This document shows positions 22,375 to 36,085 of a DNA stretch of 64,000 nt, in pieces. The DNA lies in assembly GCA_964035545.1 (NCBI GenBank), contig OZ037765.1, positions 8,690,698 to 8,754,697 of the forward strand, given 5' to 3'. How positions within the stretch are numbered: the first letter of the stretch is position 1; each line of letters opens with the position of its first letter. Below the pieces are notes generated by a model that saw nothing but the letters and a program-made list of their open reading frames with translations, ran no database searches and had not been told where the DNA came from. Origin of the DNA: Bugula neritina (lineage: Eukaryota > Animalia > Bryozoa). The position numbers and the translations under genes are program-made.

Positions 22375-25300
22375 ATGGCAGCAACTTGGTAGGCGTTATT
22401 TTTACTATATAAATATCTCTTCCTCTTACTTTAAGCTGTTAGTTTTATGCTTTTGTTTCAGAATTAGTAAAGAATAAATATAATCATATACCTAAAGTGG
22501 TGTAAGTGTAAAGTTGCAATCAGAAGTGTGAAAGATTGAATGGGAGGTTATGTGTAATATTCAATTATTTCAATGAAATTGAATAATTCATACTCATACT
22601 CATACTCATACTCATACTCATACTCATACTCATACTCATACTCATACTCATACTCATACTCATACTCATACTGATACTTCATACTATTACATTTACTATT
22701 ACTTCATAGTGATACTGATAATCTAAGTCATACTTATAGTCATAATCAAACTTATACTTATAGTATTACTATAGTATTAGTATTAACTATGTCTATAACA
22801 AATACAATAACACTAAATTTACTTTTATTTTTAACGATTAGCTACAAGTTGAAGTAATAACATCAACTAATAGTAATACTCATAGTTATACTTTTAGTAA
22901 TGCTAAATTGTTTATAGTAATTATATTTATACTAATAGTGGTAGTAATAAGTAATCATTATCAATATAATCATAATGATTGTTATTCAATTCACTATGAC
23001 TATCAGCATCAGACTCACTCTCGCTAAGAGTCTCAGTAAGTGAGTATAAGTATCATATGCATTTTCAATTTCATAATCATAATTTAATTGTTATGAAATC
23101 AAAAATATATTGAATTTAATTAAATGTTCAATTTCATACTCAATATTAACATGAATTTGAATAGCATAATGATAATGTTAATTGTTATACTTATACTTGA
23201 AATGTCAAATGTTTGTGTTAAATTTACTATTCAACATTTTAGTATTTAGTATTAATTTAATGCACGCTCACTATGACTATAGCTTAAACTTAAGTTCAAC
23301 TTTTAGGTGTTGAATTTGATTTTCAGTTATACTTTTATCGATTACTAATTAGTAATTAGTTTCATTTCTAGGTCAACTTTGCCGGTGTCCGACAGTTACT
23401 GTAAGTGTGACTTTCATAGTTTAAATTTAGATAGATCATTAATACTTAATTCTGTTATGAAATTGAGTATATACATATTTAATATTGATACACTAATATT
23501 GATACAGAACTTTATGATGAATTATTGTGGTTTGTTACTTGTTAGCATTATGCGATAACAATTTTTTTTCTATTATTACAAAGTTATTATTACGAGTATA
23601 ATGATGATGTTGGAATCATTTAACCCCTGCATTGGTCTTGTGTGTATCATTTAAATTGTAATAATGTTTAGTTTATTAGCATGTATATATTTTCTACTAA
23701 ATAATAGCTCTGTCATTTTAGGAAACCTCGCCGGCGGAATTATGCTTTTGAGAAATCTAAACTTACCAGTGATAGAAAAAATACCACATCTCATCCACTT
23801 GGTGATTTGGTAAAACCCACCATTAAAGCTATTACTCAAAAGAAGCCAGTGACAAAACGGAAACCGTCTACAACTCCAAATTCAGATCCTTTGGGGGGTG
23901 GCACAGACCCACTGTCTATGATTACATCATCACATGATCCTTTGTCTGTTTTGGCTGTTGGGGGCAATGAAAGTGGATCTTTTTCGGTTTGTAAATATTA
24001 TGTTTGAATTTTTTCAACTATATACTGTATTGCAGATGAAATAAATATAAATCTACTTTGAAATGTATGGAATTTTTAGTAAAATAATGAGAAATATATT
24101 AATTACTGTCTTCATTTCCCAGAAAGCAAGAAGTAGCAGTATCGAGCAAAAGGTTGATCATGAAACCGGTATACCACTTTGGAGTGACCTTAAAAACAAT
24201 ATTTTGGCAAAATATACAACATCGGAGAAATTATCTATTACAACCAGCTTTCTGTCAAGTCGTGGTGGGGATGTTGTTAAAAGTAAGCTTTATGTTTGGG
24301 TTATGTTTTTTTTAAATCTGGCTGGTGTAATTTGCAAATTTCAACATTTTTTAATAAAGAAGCAAGGAAAATGTTTTAGTAACACTATTCAAGCGCATTA
24401 ATTGCAAGTAAATGGTCTTTTTAGGAATAGTATTACTTTTCTGGTTATACTTAGAAATTATGCGGGGTCTATATATCATTTATTCATTACTTCAGCCGTG
24501 CGGCAAAGCACAGCTACAGTCAGTGATAAGATGAAGAACAGACTTGAGCAACTGGATGACTTTGAAGAAGGTTCAGTTAAAGAAATGCTTAATCTATCAC
24601 AGCAAGACTATGTGAAAAGAATAGATGAGTTGAACAAAGCTCTTATCACAGCATGGGATCAAGACCAAAAAGTGAAAGCACTCAAAATCGCTATACAGGT
24701 TGGTGCAGCTATTGTTGTAAAAAATGTCTATTGCCTGTTGCATACCGAAGCATGACCAATCATTTTGCAGTTTTCACAATACCATTTAATCATTGGCCAG
24801 TTTATTGAGTTCAATTTTACAGCTAACATAATTGCAACTTGTAGAAATAGATAAAACAAGTTTAACCTGTGAGTTGTTTTCTCCTGTTTTATAGTGCGCT
24901 AAGATGTTGGCTGATACATCTGTAATGCAGTTTTATCCAAGCAAGTTCGTACTGGTTACTGAAATACTGGATACGTTTGGTAAACTAGTTTATAACAGAA
25001 TCTTTGAGAAAAGTACTTACAAGCCTACCGGCAGCACCAAATCTGTTCAGCTGCCAGGTAAATGTATACAAGTGCCTGTTTTGACTTTCTAAAGTGTTGT
25101 GGTATTGTAATATGTTTAAACCTCATTCATATCAACAGTCATAGATGGCAGATTGTTGAAACCTAGCTAACTTATTGTGCTTGTTGTGAAGTTTTTTATA
25201 TATTAAAGAAAACGTTTTTAAAGCTCTATAAGTTTTTATTATGATTAATACTGTTGATCAAAATCTGCTTCTCAAAATTATCATGATATAACTTTAGTTT

Positions 25301-28300
25301 GCTTTTTGCAGTGATTTTAAAGAATTTTTCAAGCTCACTCAGTTTTATGTTACCATGACCTTTTGAACACAGATATCGAATTTTTTAGCGAACTTCACAC
25401 CTGATCAAGTGCCGGAGTCGGCAAAGGAAACATGCAGGAATTGGTTTTTTAAAATCTCTTCTGTCCGAGAGCTAATACCTCGGTTTTATGTAGAGGCAGC
25501 CATACTCAAGTGTTACAGCTTCTTCAAACCAAGGTTATCTGTACTATTTTCTCACAAATTGTTATGTATTTATTAGAGTTATAATGCTTTAAAGGGTATA
25601 TGTTGGACTTTCGATGGGATTATATCATTGATATACTTTAGTTACGTCTTATTTATGTAACGTGTGTTATAGTGAAATGTCTGATGCTCTCTCAAGACTG
25701 GCAGTGATGGTCAGAGGTATTGGTAACCCACTGATAGCAGCATATTCAAGGTGCTACTTGTGCAGGGTAAGCTAGCAGATATAGTCTGCCCTCCTAGTCA
25801 TATGTATACTTATATTGGTCTATGTATTATAATTACCCCGAAGTTGATGAAGCTCAGGTACTATGTATACCTTGTATGCTGATTGACAGGTGGGAATAAT
25901 AATAAACCCTCGGCAGAAAGATTACATTAAGCAATGCTTTGGAGACACTCTTCTCACTTATCATCAGGTCAGTGTTTTGCCAATTGAATGCTTTTTTAAA
26001 CTTTTTTAAAGCTCATGAGGCATTACTTATTTAATATTTTCTCATAGTTCAATACCCTATTTGACTTTAAATGTACACATGACTAAATATATTTTGTATT
26101 TTTCGACCTGCTAACTTTTGTGTTATGGGCTGTTTTAGTCTACTTCAGTTGTATGTGGTTGTTGTATAGATTCAGTCCCCCAGTGTAACACAGGGAGTCA
26201 CCAAGCAGAATATTAGTATGTCTGTTTATCTTACACTCTACAGCCCAGCTGTGGACTGGATTTTAATGTGCATGTTTGATGATTGTGACGACGTGTTGTT
26301 TGACGATATCCTCAAACAAGTCAATCAAAGTGCTAACAGGTATGCTTGTGAAGAATATTTATCTCAAAGAGTGGAAATGCATTGTATGGTTTCGAATAAC
26401 ACAGTGATGTTTTAAAATTTAATATGGTGTTAGTCTGATATTAATGCTCTCACTTTATGTTTAAAAATGGGCATTCCATGCTTGGGCCCTCTAACCATGG
26501 CAATGAATTTAAGTTGCTACACATTATGCAAAGCTTGCACTTGCTAAAGTTGTTTGAGCTGGCATTCTTAAATTTCCACACCTTTAAATATGCTTTGATA
26601 AAAAATAGTCTTTTTTATTGCAAAATGCGCTGAAGAGGTGTCAAACCTCGAAACAGTCACGATCCACCAGTTTAGTTATAATCTCTATTCTGTATATATG
26701 TAACATATTGTTGTTATCCATTATAATTTTGGTTTGTAGACCTTCTATAATATACTTGTTTTGTAATTCATAAATACAATGAGCAATAACAAAGGTGATT
26801 TTGTTTGAAGTATGTCTTGTTTTCACTTTGTACTATCTGTGAAATGTGATGTCATCTTGTAATTTAGTGCTCTTCTACTAAATGGAATTCTTCGTTCAGC
26901 AAAACCTCAGAGCATAGCCAAGAAAGCAGTGATATTTATTGTGCTTATTCGGGAGTGTGAGGATACAGGATTTCCAAAGGTATTTTAACCAAATAATGTT
27001 GTAGGATATTTGGAACTAAAGTAGTCCATACAGTTTTGCATGTTTAGTTGATTTCATTCACATTGTTCAAATGACCTGATTCGATATGATAACCTTACAG
27101 CATATCCTGTATAACTCTTTGGGATCTCGTCTGTCATTGGCCGATCCTCCAGAGTCGGACAAACTGAAAATACTGAATGAAGTGTGGAAGTTCATCACGA
27201 AACTTAAAGAGCCATCTGTATGTATCTCAAGTGCTCTTTTTGTATTGCTGTCATGCAAAAGGAGTTATCTGTCTTTTTGCTTTTTATTGCTAAAATCTAA
27301 CAAACTTTTTTGCAGCTGATGATTTTTATTGAATTTTCTTTTTTTGACTTACCCCTCCTCCTAAGTATTCATATTGGATACTTAGAAACCCACTAAACAG
27401 TGCATATTGTTTTCTCAGTTTTTACTAAACTAAACAGCTTCAAAAAATTGTGTAGTATCTAGTTTTACCAATGCTGATTTATTAGCAGTACTAAAGTAAA
27501 TTATAGGCAACTGCTTTAATGGGCAACTTTATAATTGATATATTAATTTCTGTTAGTATATTTTACTAATTGTTGCACTTTACATTATCCAATGCAAGTT
27601 ATTACACTGGTAGCTAACTTACTCGTATCTATAAAGCCTATAATCAACTCTTATTGCTGTTTGAAGGAGTACGTGGCATGTGCAGAGACTTGGATAGAGT
27701 ATGTGATGAAGCATTTTGGTGTAAGTATATAAATAGTGCTCCAAGGAACTAACTGTTCAACCAATCAATATTATGCAAGAATTGTTCTTGAAAAACTGTG
27801 GCTGTCATAAGGAATTATCTGCTCTATCTAGTTTAGGATTTTGTGAAGTATCTGTATAAGTGAGATAACTCTTTCAGAAGAAAGAGATGAACACTGTTCT
27901 CAGTGATATTATCAAACATCTGCTGCCCGACAGAGCATTTGAAGAGTTTTACCCCAACTTGCTGACTATCATGACAAAGATTCTGGATCATGTTCATAAC
28001 TATGCTCTTCTCTTCTCCCTGGTTTGTAAAGAATGTTATGCTTGGCTAAGTCAATGTATTTTACAGGTTATATGTTTTATAAAATAAGAGCAATGGCTAT
28101 TGGGTTCATATTATCTAAGTGCAGCTCTTGAATTAGAAATTCTAATCATATTTTAAAATCCATACCATTTTCATTATTAAAATAAAGTTATGTATTTAGT
28201 CAATTGTGCTAAAAAAGGAAAATGTAAAAAAGAGAGAAAAATTTTTATCCTTGTTGAAATTTCATTTCAGCTTAAACTTGGAGTTTTATCAATTTTGTTT

Positions 28301-31300
28301 AATATCACAAATTGGTGTAGGCCTCAATTGGACTGGGGTAAAGCATAGTTATTACTTTCCAACATTTTTTCTTGACTCCAGCAATTTTTAACATCATCCT
28401 AATGAGGTTTAATTTTATTAGCGCCCCAATTTATAGGACCTGTAGTTTTTTTTTAATCAATTCTATCTAATTTGGCTATTGTCACTTTGTCTCAGACGGT
28501 TTTTAGACATTTTCTAAAATTATTGTTTGTCTAAAGTTATTGTACTATTGGATTACTCACTGCTCTCTGGCTATGACTTTTTGTATAAATTGTTTATAGC
28601 AAGAAATCAATTTAGCTGACAATGTTTTACTGCAAGATTCAAAAGTCTCCATAGGCTTGCTAAGCAAACCTGGTATCAGTGAAGGCAAAGTTATTGCATT
28701 CTAGTTTCCTATACTTTACAGGAGAAATTTATGTCCTTTGTGGATTTGTTTCAAAAAGATTCCATAAAAATCAAAGCAGCAAAAATAATTGTTGAAGCTT
28801 TTTGCAAGTAAGTGTCTCTATTGTGTGGATATGATTTCTTTTTCCTTTCTTGCTATCCATGTTCCATAGCAAGTTACATGTTAAACAAATAGTTTCAGTG
28901 TAATTAATCTGAAATTAATTTGCCTTCGTAATCACTCAGTTGGTTTAGTCTGGTATATGATTACTAAGTTGTCATTCTGCCGTGTCATTGTAAGATTTAA
29001 ACCCCAGTTACACCACATTGTTTATATTTTGTTATTCTATAAGTAAAGTTCTATAAAATGGCACCATTTTAAATTCGTATCTCATCTGTGTATTACACTA
29101 GTATCTCCACTGAACATCCACAAATGATGTCCTATGAGAACACATAGAAATCATGGAAACTCCATGTAAATCCTACTTGGGTCATTTTACTTAATTTAGT
29201 ACACACCGGAAGTTTCCAGTTTTTAGCTATTTTTCACAATTTAGCTGCTAATGAACATGGGTTTTTGCCCAAAACTAGTTAAATGTCAATCAACACACAT
29301 AAATAATCGAGGTTCTTTTTAATTTTGATTGATTTTCCATGTTTTTTCCTAATTATTCAGCTACTTTTGATTGCAGATCGTTACGAAAAAACCATAACGG
29401 TCTGCAATCAAAAGTAGGAAGAACCTTGATTATTTAGATGTATTTATTGAGATTTTACTAGTTTTGAGCAAAAACCCTTGCTCATTAGCAGCTGAATTGT
29501 GAAAAATAGCTAAAAACTGGAAACTTCCGGTGTGTACTAAATTAAGTAAAATGACCCACTTGTGATTGACTTGTTCTTATGAAGTTGTCTGCTTAGTGCG
29601 ATAATGTTGGGTATTCCCAGCTACTAACCATCCATTGTAATCGATGCTTTTGTTTGTGCTTTAACTATTCAACACAGTAAATCTGTATACTTTTTGCCAA
29701 TGTAGAGTTTGTGGCTGCATATTCATATATTCTTAGACTTTTTAAACGAAGAATCTGTTTTATTATTATAGGTACCAGCTGGAAAGTGTGAATGACCCGG
29801 TAGTCATCAGTACTGTTATGTATATGTGTAAAACACTCCATGACTCAGTCAAGTGAGTTTACTGTGTGTTTATTTGTATGCTCAGTTGTTTATTTGAAAA
29901 TAATATTTTTCACACAGTCAAATCGCGCTATACATCCCTTTAATTTCCCGATTTGAGTCTTGTCTCATATTTAAGCATTTATTTTTGTAACTCTTATGGC
30001 ATGATTTGAAAGCAAGAATTTTAGATACTATTTTATTTAATGGAGCCTTCTATCTCAATGCACAGATGTTAAACAATTATTTAGTATCACTGATTGTCAA
30101 CTTTTCACCAGTCTTGCATGCATATGGCTTCTCTTATTTTTAAATTTAAAAAAGTACAGTATGTTTGTTTTAAAACAAAATAAAGCACTAAATTATGAAA
30201 ATATTATATATCCAAAGGGAAATGTAAATGGCAAGGCTTCAATTTTAAATTTTAATAGCCTGTCAATTGTCATACATATATTTAGTCATATAACCTGTAT
30301 ATTGGTGCGAGTATATTGGTGGGAGTAAACTGATCACATGTTTTATTGTAATATCATCCTGTTTCTGTCTCATCCTCAATATTCTCTGCTAAAAAAACTT
30401 CTATCACAGTTTACAACTTAAATATTAAAATAGTCAATTGATAATATTTTACAAGTGCTTTATCATTGGATGACGAGAAGCGTTCTGTAAGTCAGCTGAT
30501 AAACCAGTTCATACACAAAGTTGATTATGGCAGCAACTTGGAACAGCAACTCAACTTCTATGTGGACAGTCGGGCCAACTTCACCAACCTTGATCCTGTG
30601 ATGACTGAGTTAGTCCAGGTAATTGTGTTATACTGTACTTACTATTGTACTGTACTTACTATTGTACTGTACTTACTAGTGTACTGTACTTACTAATATG
30701 CTGTACTTACTATTGTACTGTACTTACTATTGTACTGTACTTATTATTGTACTGTACTTACTATTGTACTGTACTTATTATTGTACTGTACTTACTATTG
30801 TACTGTACTTACTAATATGCTTTACTTACTATTTTACTGTCTACACATATTAAATAAGATGCATTGCTTCTGCCACAACTCATGTACCTGTAGCTGTTTA
30901 GTGTTTATGCACTGTCAAGATATTCAATTCATTATGTTTTAGTGTGTTAATAACTTATCCATAACCACGAGGAAGGTTGTTAGAGGAAATCATAGTCCTA
31001 AAACATCTGCTTTTGTCAGGGTATGTAATTTTTCACCTCTTAAAGGATTGCTCTATCTTGTCTAATAAATGGCCATTTAGGTCAAACACACATAATATTG
31101 TGTTTTTCTAAGCATGCATTGACAAAAAGCATTTGACTAAAGGTAGAAAAAGTTAGTTGAAGTTGAGGGTGTAGATTGGTAACAGCCAAAACGCCGATTT
31201 TGAAATGAGCTGGGAAATGTGACGTAACAGCGCCAGCATTCCTGCTGGTCACGTGACTATACAAATGAATAACTATAGAAATATGACTGTGAGATGTGAT

Positions 31301-34300
31301 CTTTCAGCTCGTAATTTGTATATTTATAGAAGTGCAAATGTGAATTATCTCAATCTATAGTTTTTTGACATTTTAAATAACATGTATGTGATAACATTAG
31401 GCCATATTTTGCTTGTAAACATTAGAAAAAAGCATTGCAAAAACATGCATTCTTTAGGATGAATGCCTGCGATCGATCTAAACTAGGTCAGATTGTGCAA
31501 TATTACGGGCACACCAAAGCTGACCTATATAGCGTGCTGTAACTGCTTGAGCGTTATTGGTTAATGTTGCGCTCAGCAACCTTGAATACTAGCGTTATAG
31601 TTCGCACGTGCAGCATAGTTACTGGCGTTCACACGTCACGTATTAGGCTATTCTTTTTCATGGCTGAAAATTTTACCTCCCTCAAAATTGGAATTTTGAA
31701 AAGCTGTTTTCTAAGCACATATCCCTTTGCAAAGTCCCAATTGTTTGCATACACATTAGATTATAGTTCATAATTATAATGTGATTGTAATAAACTAAGA
31801 TAGAGCAATCCTTTAAAACATACAATAAAAATAGTGCTCTTTCACATGTTGGTAAATTACACATGCAACTTCTCAATTTCGTAGGCTTGCTCTGCGTACT
31901 GCTTCATCACCATCCCCTCTCTGGACAACACGTTTATTCAGCTGAATTTATATTTGCTGTCGGCGCAGGTTTCTTTACTCAACAGGTGTCTTTCCCAAGG
32001 TAAGCAACCTACTATGAGATTTCTTAAACCTAGTCAACCGTTTATACTACCACTGATCAGCTCTATATCCATTCATTTCAAAGTAATAGTAACTTACTGG
32101 TGTTTTTGTACCCAAAACTTTTATAGCGTTAGAAAGCTCAAGATTTACTTGATTTATCAAGCATACAGATATGTGCATTAGACAAACAAGTTTCATAACA
32201 TAGGAAGACCAAAGTCATGCTGTATTAGAATTGGGCTGTCCATCTAACTCAAATCATGCCTTAGGAATGGTCTTCCAGGCGATAGATATTTAGGTAATAT
32301 CACAAATATTGTTATTTCAAAAAAATTTATAAAAAAAAAGAAATTTCTAATAAATTTTGGAGGAAAGTGAAAGAATTTTTGCAGTTATCTGCTCATTGAG
32401 CAGTGCTGCAGTGGCAGCTAGGATGTAATCATTTAGTGGGTTAGCTGTCACTTCTCTCTGCCTTGTATTATTATCAAATTATGCAATAGGCAAGAGTCAG
32501 AAGCCCATAGTGATGTAAGATATTGTTGTCTTGTAATGTTTTCTTGACTGACCAATAGTTCAATTACATGCGTGCTAAGCATGTATGATGCAATTTCTCA
32601 GTTGCTGTAAATGCGTTGCAGCTTTGCAGAGCTTCATGTTTCGGCAAAAAACTTTGGTTTGGAAGTGAAACTGGCTAATATAAAATTTATTTCATACCTA
32701 TATTGATCAGACAAATAACCTTTTTATAAATTACTAATATTAAAAAGACAATTAACCAACATCTGGCTATGCCTATCACTTGATCTGCAGCAGGTTTGAT
32801 CATTTTAATATGAATTATAATCATTGATGTGATTTGCGTCAACTTTTGCATTCACAGCAGTCACTTTCCTAACCTAAATGAAAAATTATAAACAGAAGTT
32901 AAGCAAAAACATTCTCTTACATAATCGAGAACTGAGAAATGGAACATGCTGAAAGGGTCTATTTATGAAAGCCTATTCCTGATTATTGGTTTTCCTTCAA
33001 CTTTCAGGTTCTGAAATGGTGCAGATATATCCTTTATAAAATTCAGTATTCATAAGTTGTTTGGAAAATCTTGCTTGCAATTTGAATTTGAACTCTGGTA
33101 TCTATTTACTTCTTTACTTCTAGCCAAATTATTTTCAGACTTAATGCTTTGCGCCAAATTATCTCAGAATATTAATCAAAAGTGTTGGTTTTCCTTATAC
33201 TTATACAACTATTGTAAACTTGAAAAGTAACATTTGACTCCTTCACTCCATGTGACAGACTAGCTAACTAGCTGTCTCTTCTCTTACAGCGGAAGCCTTA
33301 TTTAAAGCAGGCATAGCTGCCTTATTAGAAACCCCATCTACAATGACTGTGGATGGTAAAGCAAAGTCTAGTGAGGGTTTCGTAGTGCAGTACATACAGA
33401 ACTTCCTGTCTAGCTTGGTAATAGTGCCGGTAGGTTGTCCACCTTTCAAGTCTCCTAATTCTCACAGCTAACGTAATATCAATAGTGCAGTTTAATGACC
33501 CTATAACCGCATGTGTTTGTATAACAAGTACTAGCCGTGCTGTGCGCTATGTGAGCTAATGAGGTCAGCAAACTTCACTACTAGTACTGATTGCTGACTA
33601 TGGCACTTGGATAAAAATGATCTATAAGCAGCCCCGAGTTGGGGGTGATTGAGTGGAGTGGATTGGGGTCTCTCGTTTGGAGTTGGGGTTCAAAGTTCCA
33701 ACATAACTCTCGAATTCCAAGCTCAAGACCCCAAACTACTGCACTCATTCACCTCCAACTCAGGGCTAGAAAGATTCCTTGAATGAGGGAAGCAGGATCT
33801 CTGCTCAGCTTAGGTTGGCCTTGTTTTGTTAGCAGAGTTTCTCTTGTTGCTGCAACTCTGCACTTACTTCTGGTGCTCTATTTTCCTGCGACTAGTTACC
33901 TGTTCACTAATGTTCATCATGCTTATGTGTATACAGTATGTGAAGATTGCAACATGTCAACAAATGGTCTCAGTAATTAAATATTTGACAATGAAATTAT
34001 GCAAGAAAAAAAACAAAAACTGCTAATATTATGCCCTAGCTCTGTCATAAAGTTGGGTGTAATGTATGCTCACCAGCAACTAAGTCACTATGCTATTACT
34101 ATTTGCAGTGTGTAATTTGGTTACTTGTAGGACAATCCAGATCAAGGGGTTCTGATACTATTCAAGGGTTTACTTAACGTAATCAAAGGCTATCAGTTTG
34201 ATAGTGATGAGACTGTGAGGGTTAAGTTATACCTGGCGGTGCTGTCCTCATTGTCTGCCATTTCTCAAGAGAAATATCTTTACCATGTAGACAGAGGTGA

Positions 34301-35599
34301 GAATTCAAATATTTGGATGTAGTCACATTTTAGTTGAAAACTATTTTAATGAAAATGCTTTCAGGGGCATTTAACTGATAACGTTTGAAAAAAGGGAAAA
34401 CAAAACTACTCTATGGTAAAAATTAATTAAAGTGTCATCAGCTATCAAAAGCTTAGTGTGTTGCATACAAAGGATGTCTGCTAAATTGCAATTGTTATTT
34501 TTCATTGACAGCAAACCAGCATAAGCTTTTGTAAGAAGGGCCTGAAATGGATGAGTTTTTTTTTCCGTTTGATATGAAGGAATAATTTTTAGTTTTGTTC
34601 CTAATTTCAAGTTTTTCAATATTTATGTGAGAACAGTGTCACGATATTTTTAGTTGAATCCAACGATACTCTATATGGTCATGATGCCAAGTTCTTAGGA
34701 GAAGTAGAAAAGCTCTCTGTTACAGTAGTTGATGAAATACTGAACCACTTGAAAACTTTGACTGAGGGTTTCGAGGTAAATGTCCTAGTAGTGTTTAGTA
34801 GCAGAAGCATGGGAACGAATTGACAACCACGGAGATAAATTGTATAAATATTATTGTTATGCACAAGTTGATTAGGCATACTGCATGACACTAAGAAACT
34901 CATCACGTGCCTGGCAAATAATGTCTTTATGGTTAGCCACTGTTCATTTAGCAATATATATGGTAGTTGCTTCATTATAATCTTGAATCATTTGCTCTTG
35001 TTTGCTGTAATGTGAAGACTTGGAAGTTTCTATCTCTTGGAATACATCATTTATAGAATTTAAAAGTGCAGTCCCACGTGTCTCTATTGACTTTTGAACA
35101 CATTGTGGCTTATGCTGACCTCGCTGATGAAGCCATGTTTCAGTTGGCCAAAAATCTGTGGAGCTTATCCCAGAAACATTCCTACGCAGACTCCAAACAA
35201 GTGGTAAGCTGCTTTTTATTCTATTGGAACTATGCAGATAATTGCAGGCCATTTCCACATGTTTGTAGTTCAAAGTGGTGATTTAAGAAATACTGAGACA
35301 ATATTTGTTTTGTGTTGAAGTTCTAATCATTAGCACCTAAAATATTATGTAACCAATAAATGAACAGCATTTCCCAATAAATAGTAAAAGAGAATCTGCC
35401 AAGCAAGTTAGAAAATGCTCCATCTCTCCCCACTATTGAGATATTGAAATTATTTGGTTACCAGAAATGTAATTCCCAGTTGCTTCTAATTCACTTGAAG
35501 TTCCTGTTTATATTTCAGACTAAAGTGATGACATTATTAAAGAGGAAAGCTGAGAGCAATGAATATGCATCAAAACTGATGAAGAAAATTAATGGCTGA
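22375..35599 (+). CDS. VPS35L: VPS35 endosomal protein-sorting factor-like (C16orf62, Retriever subunit; about 23 coding exons)
   Basis: First exon 22375-22388 (MAATW) is spliced to 23722; the last exon is 35519-35599. Motifs [100 protein letters not shown]. Confidence 0.95.
22589..23500. repeat. (CATACT)14 microsatellite grading into a degenerate ANANTN tract in VPS35L intron 1
   Basis: Perfect array at 22589-22672, then degenerate ATACTT/ATAGTC/ATAATC/AAACTT units in both orientations. Confidence 0.85.
29179..29557. mobile_element. Long-TIR palindromic MITE with 4-bp TSD (Sola2-like)
   Basis: GGGTCATTTTACTTAATTTAGTACACACCGGAAGTTTCC... is mirrored at the right end over about 140 bp, with an internal hairpin. 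ACTT is duplicated on both flanks (29175-29178 and 29558-29561). Confidence 0.9.
30631..30840. repeat. 17-bp minisatellite (TACTGTACTTACTATTG)n, about 12 copies
   Basis: Direct tandem copies just after a VPS35L splice donor. Confidence 0.9.
31044..31812. mobile_element. Non-autonomous DNA transposon with TTAA TSD (Kolobok-like)
   Basis: TTAA|AGGATTGCTCTATCTT ... AAGATAGAGCAATCCT|TTAA: a perfect 16-bp TIR with purine-purine termini. Confidence 0.85.
33630..33767. repeat. Imperfect palindrome, probable small MITE remnant
   Basis: AGCCCCGAGTTGGGGGTGATTGAGTG... pairs with ...CACTCATTCACCTCCAACTCAGGGCT. Confidence 0.65.
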
Positions 35600-36085
35600 G
35601 ATGATTTCAGACAACAACTTATATTTAATATCATAATGACTTGGTGCTAGACAACTGACTTGATAACTAAGAGCATGCAAACTAGAAATATGTATTAAAA
35701 TAATATAAATTGACTCAAATATCAAATACACTGAACTACAAACTATTTCCAATAACGAAACAAATAAGCTTTTTATCTACAAAAATTGTGTGAATCAAAA
35801 GTAGACATGTAATTGTGATAAAAATTTAAGTCTGCCAAATCTATTGAAAGTGATAATTATGCTAGAATTAAAGATTTAAAATATATGTTATTATTTATTA
35901 TCCATTCCATAGCAGTGAATACAGTTGGCCAGATCTTTGTGGGCTAAGTAAGTATACAAGTAGTAAGTATACTTATACAAAAATACAAGTTTGGGGAATA
36001 ACATCATAAAAATAGTATAAGTAAACATAATTGGCACGAATCAAAACAAGCCATGAAGGAAAGTAAAACCTAGTCAGTGGAATAG

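Noticed and set aside
30631-30942. CRISPR-like array or Cys/Tyr-rich protein
   Set aside because: Head-to-tail 17-bp units with no unique spacers in a eukaryotic intron; the ORFs are translations of the minisatellite.
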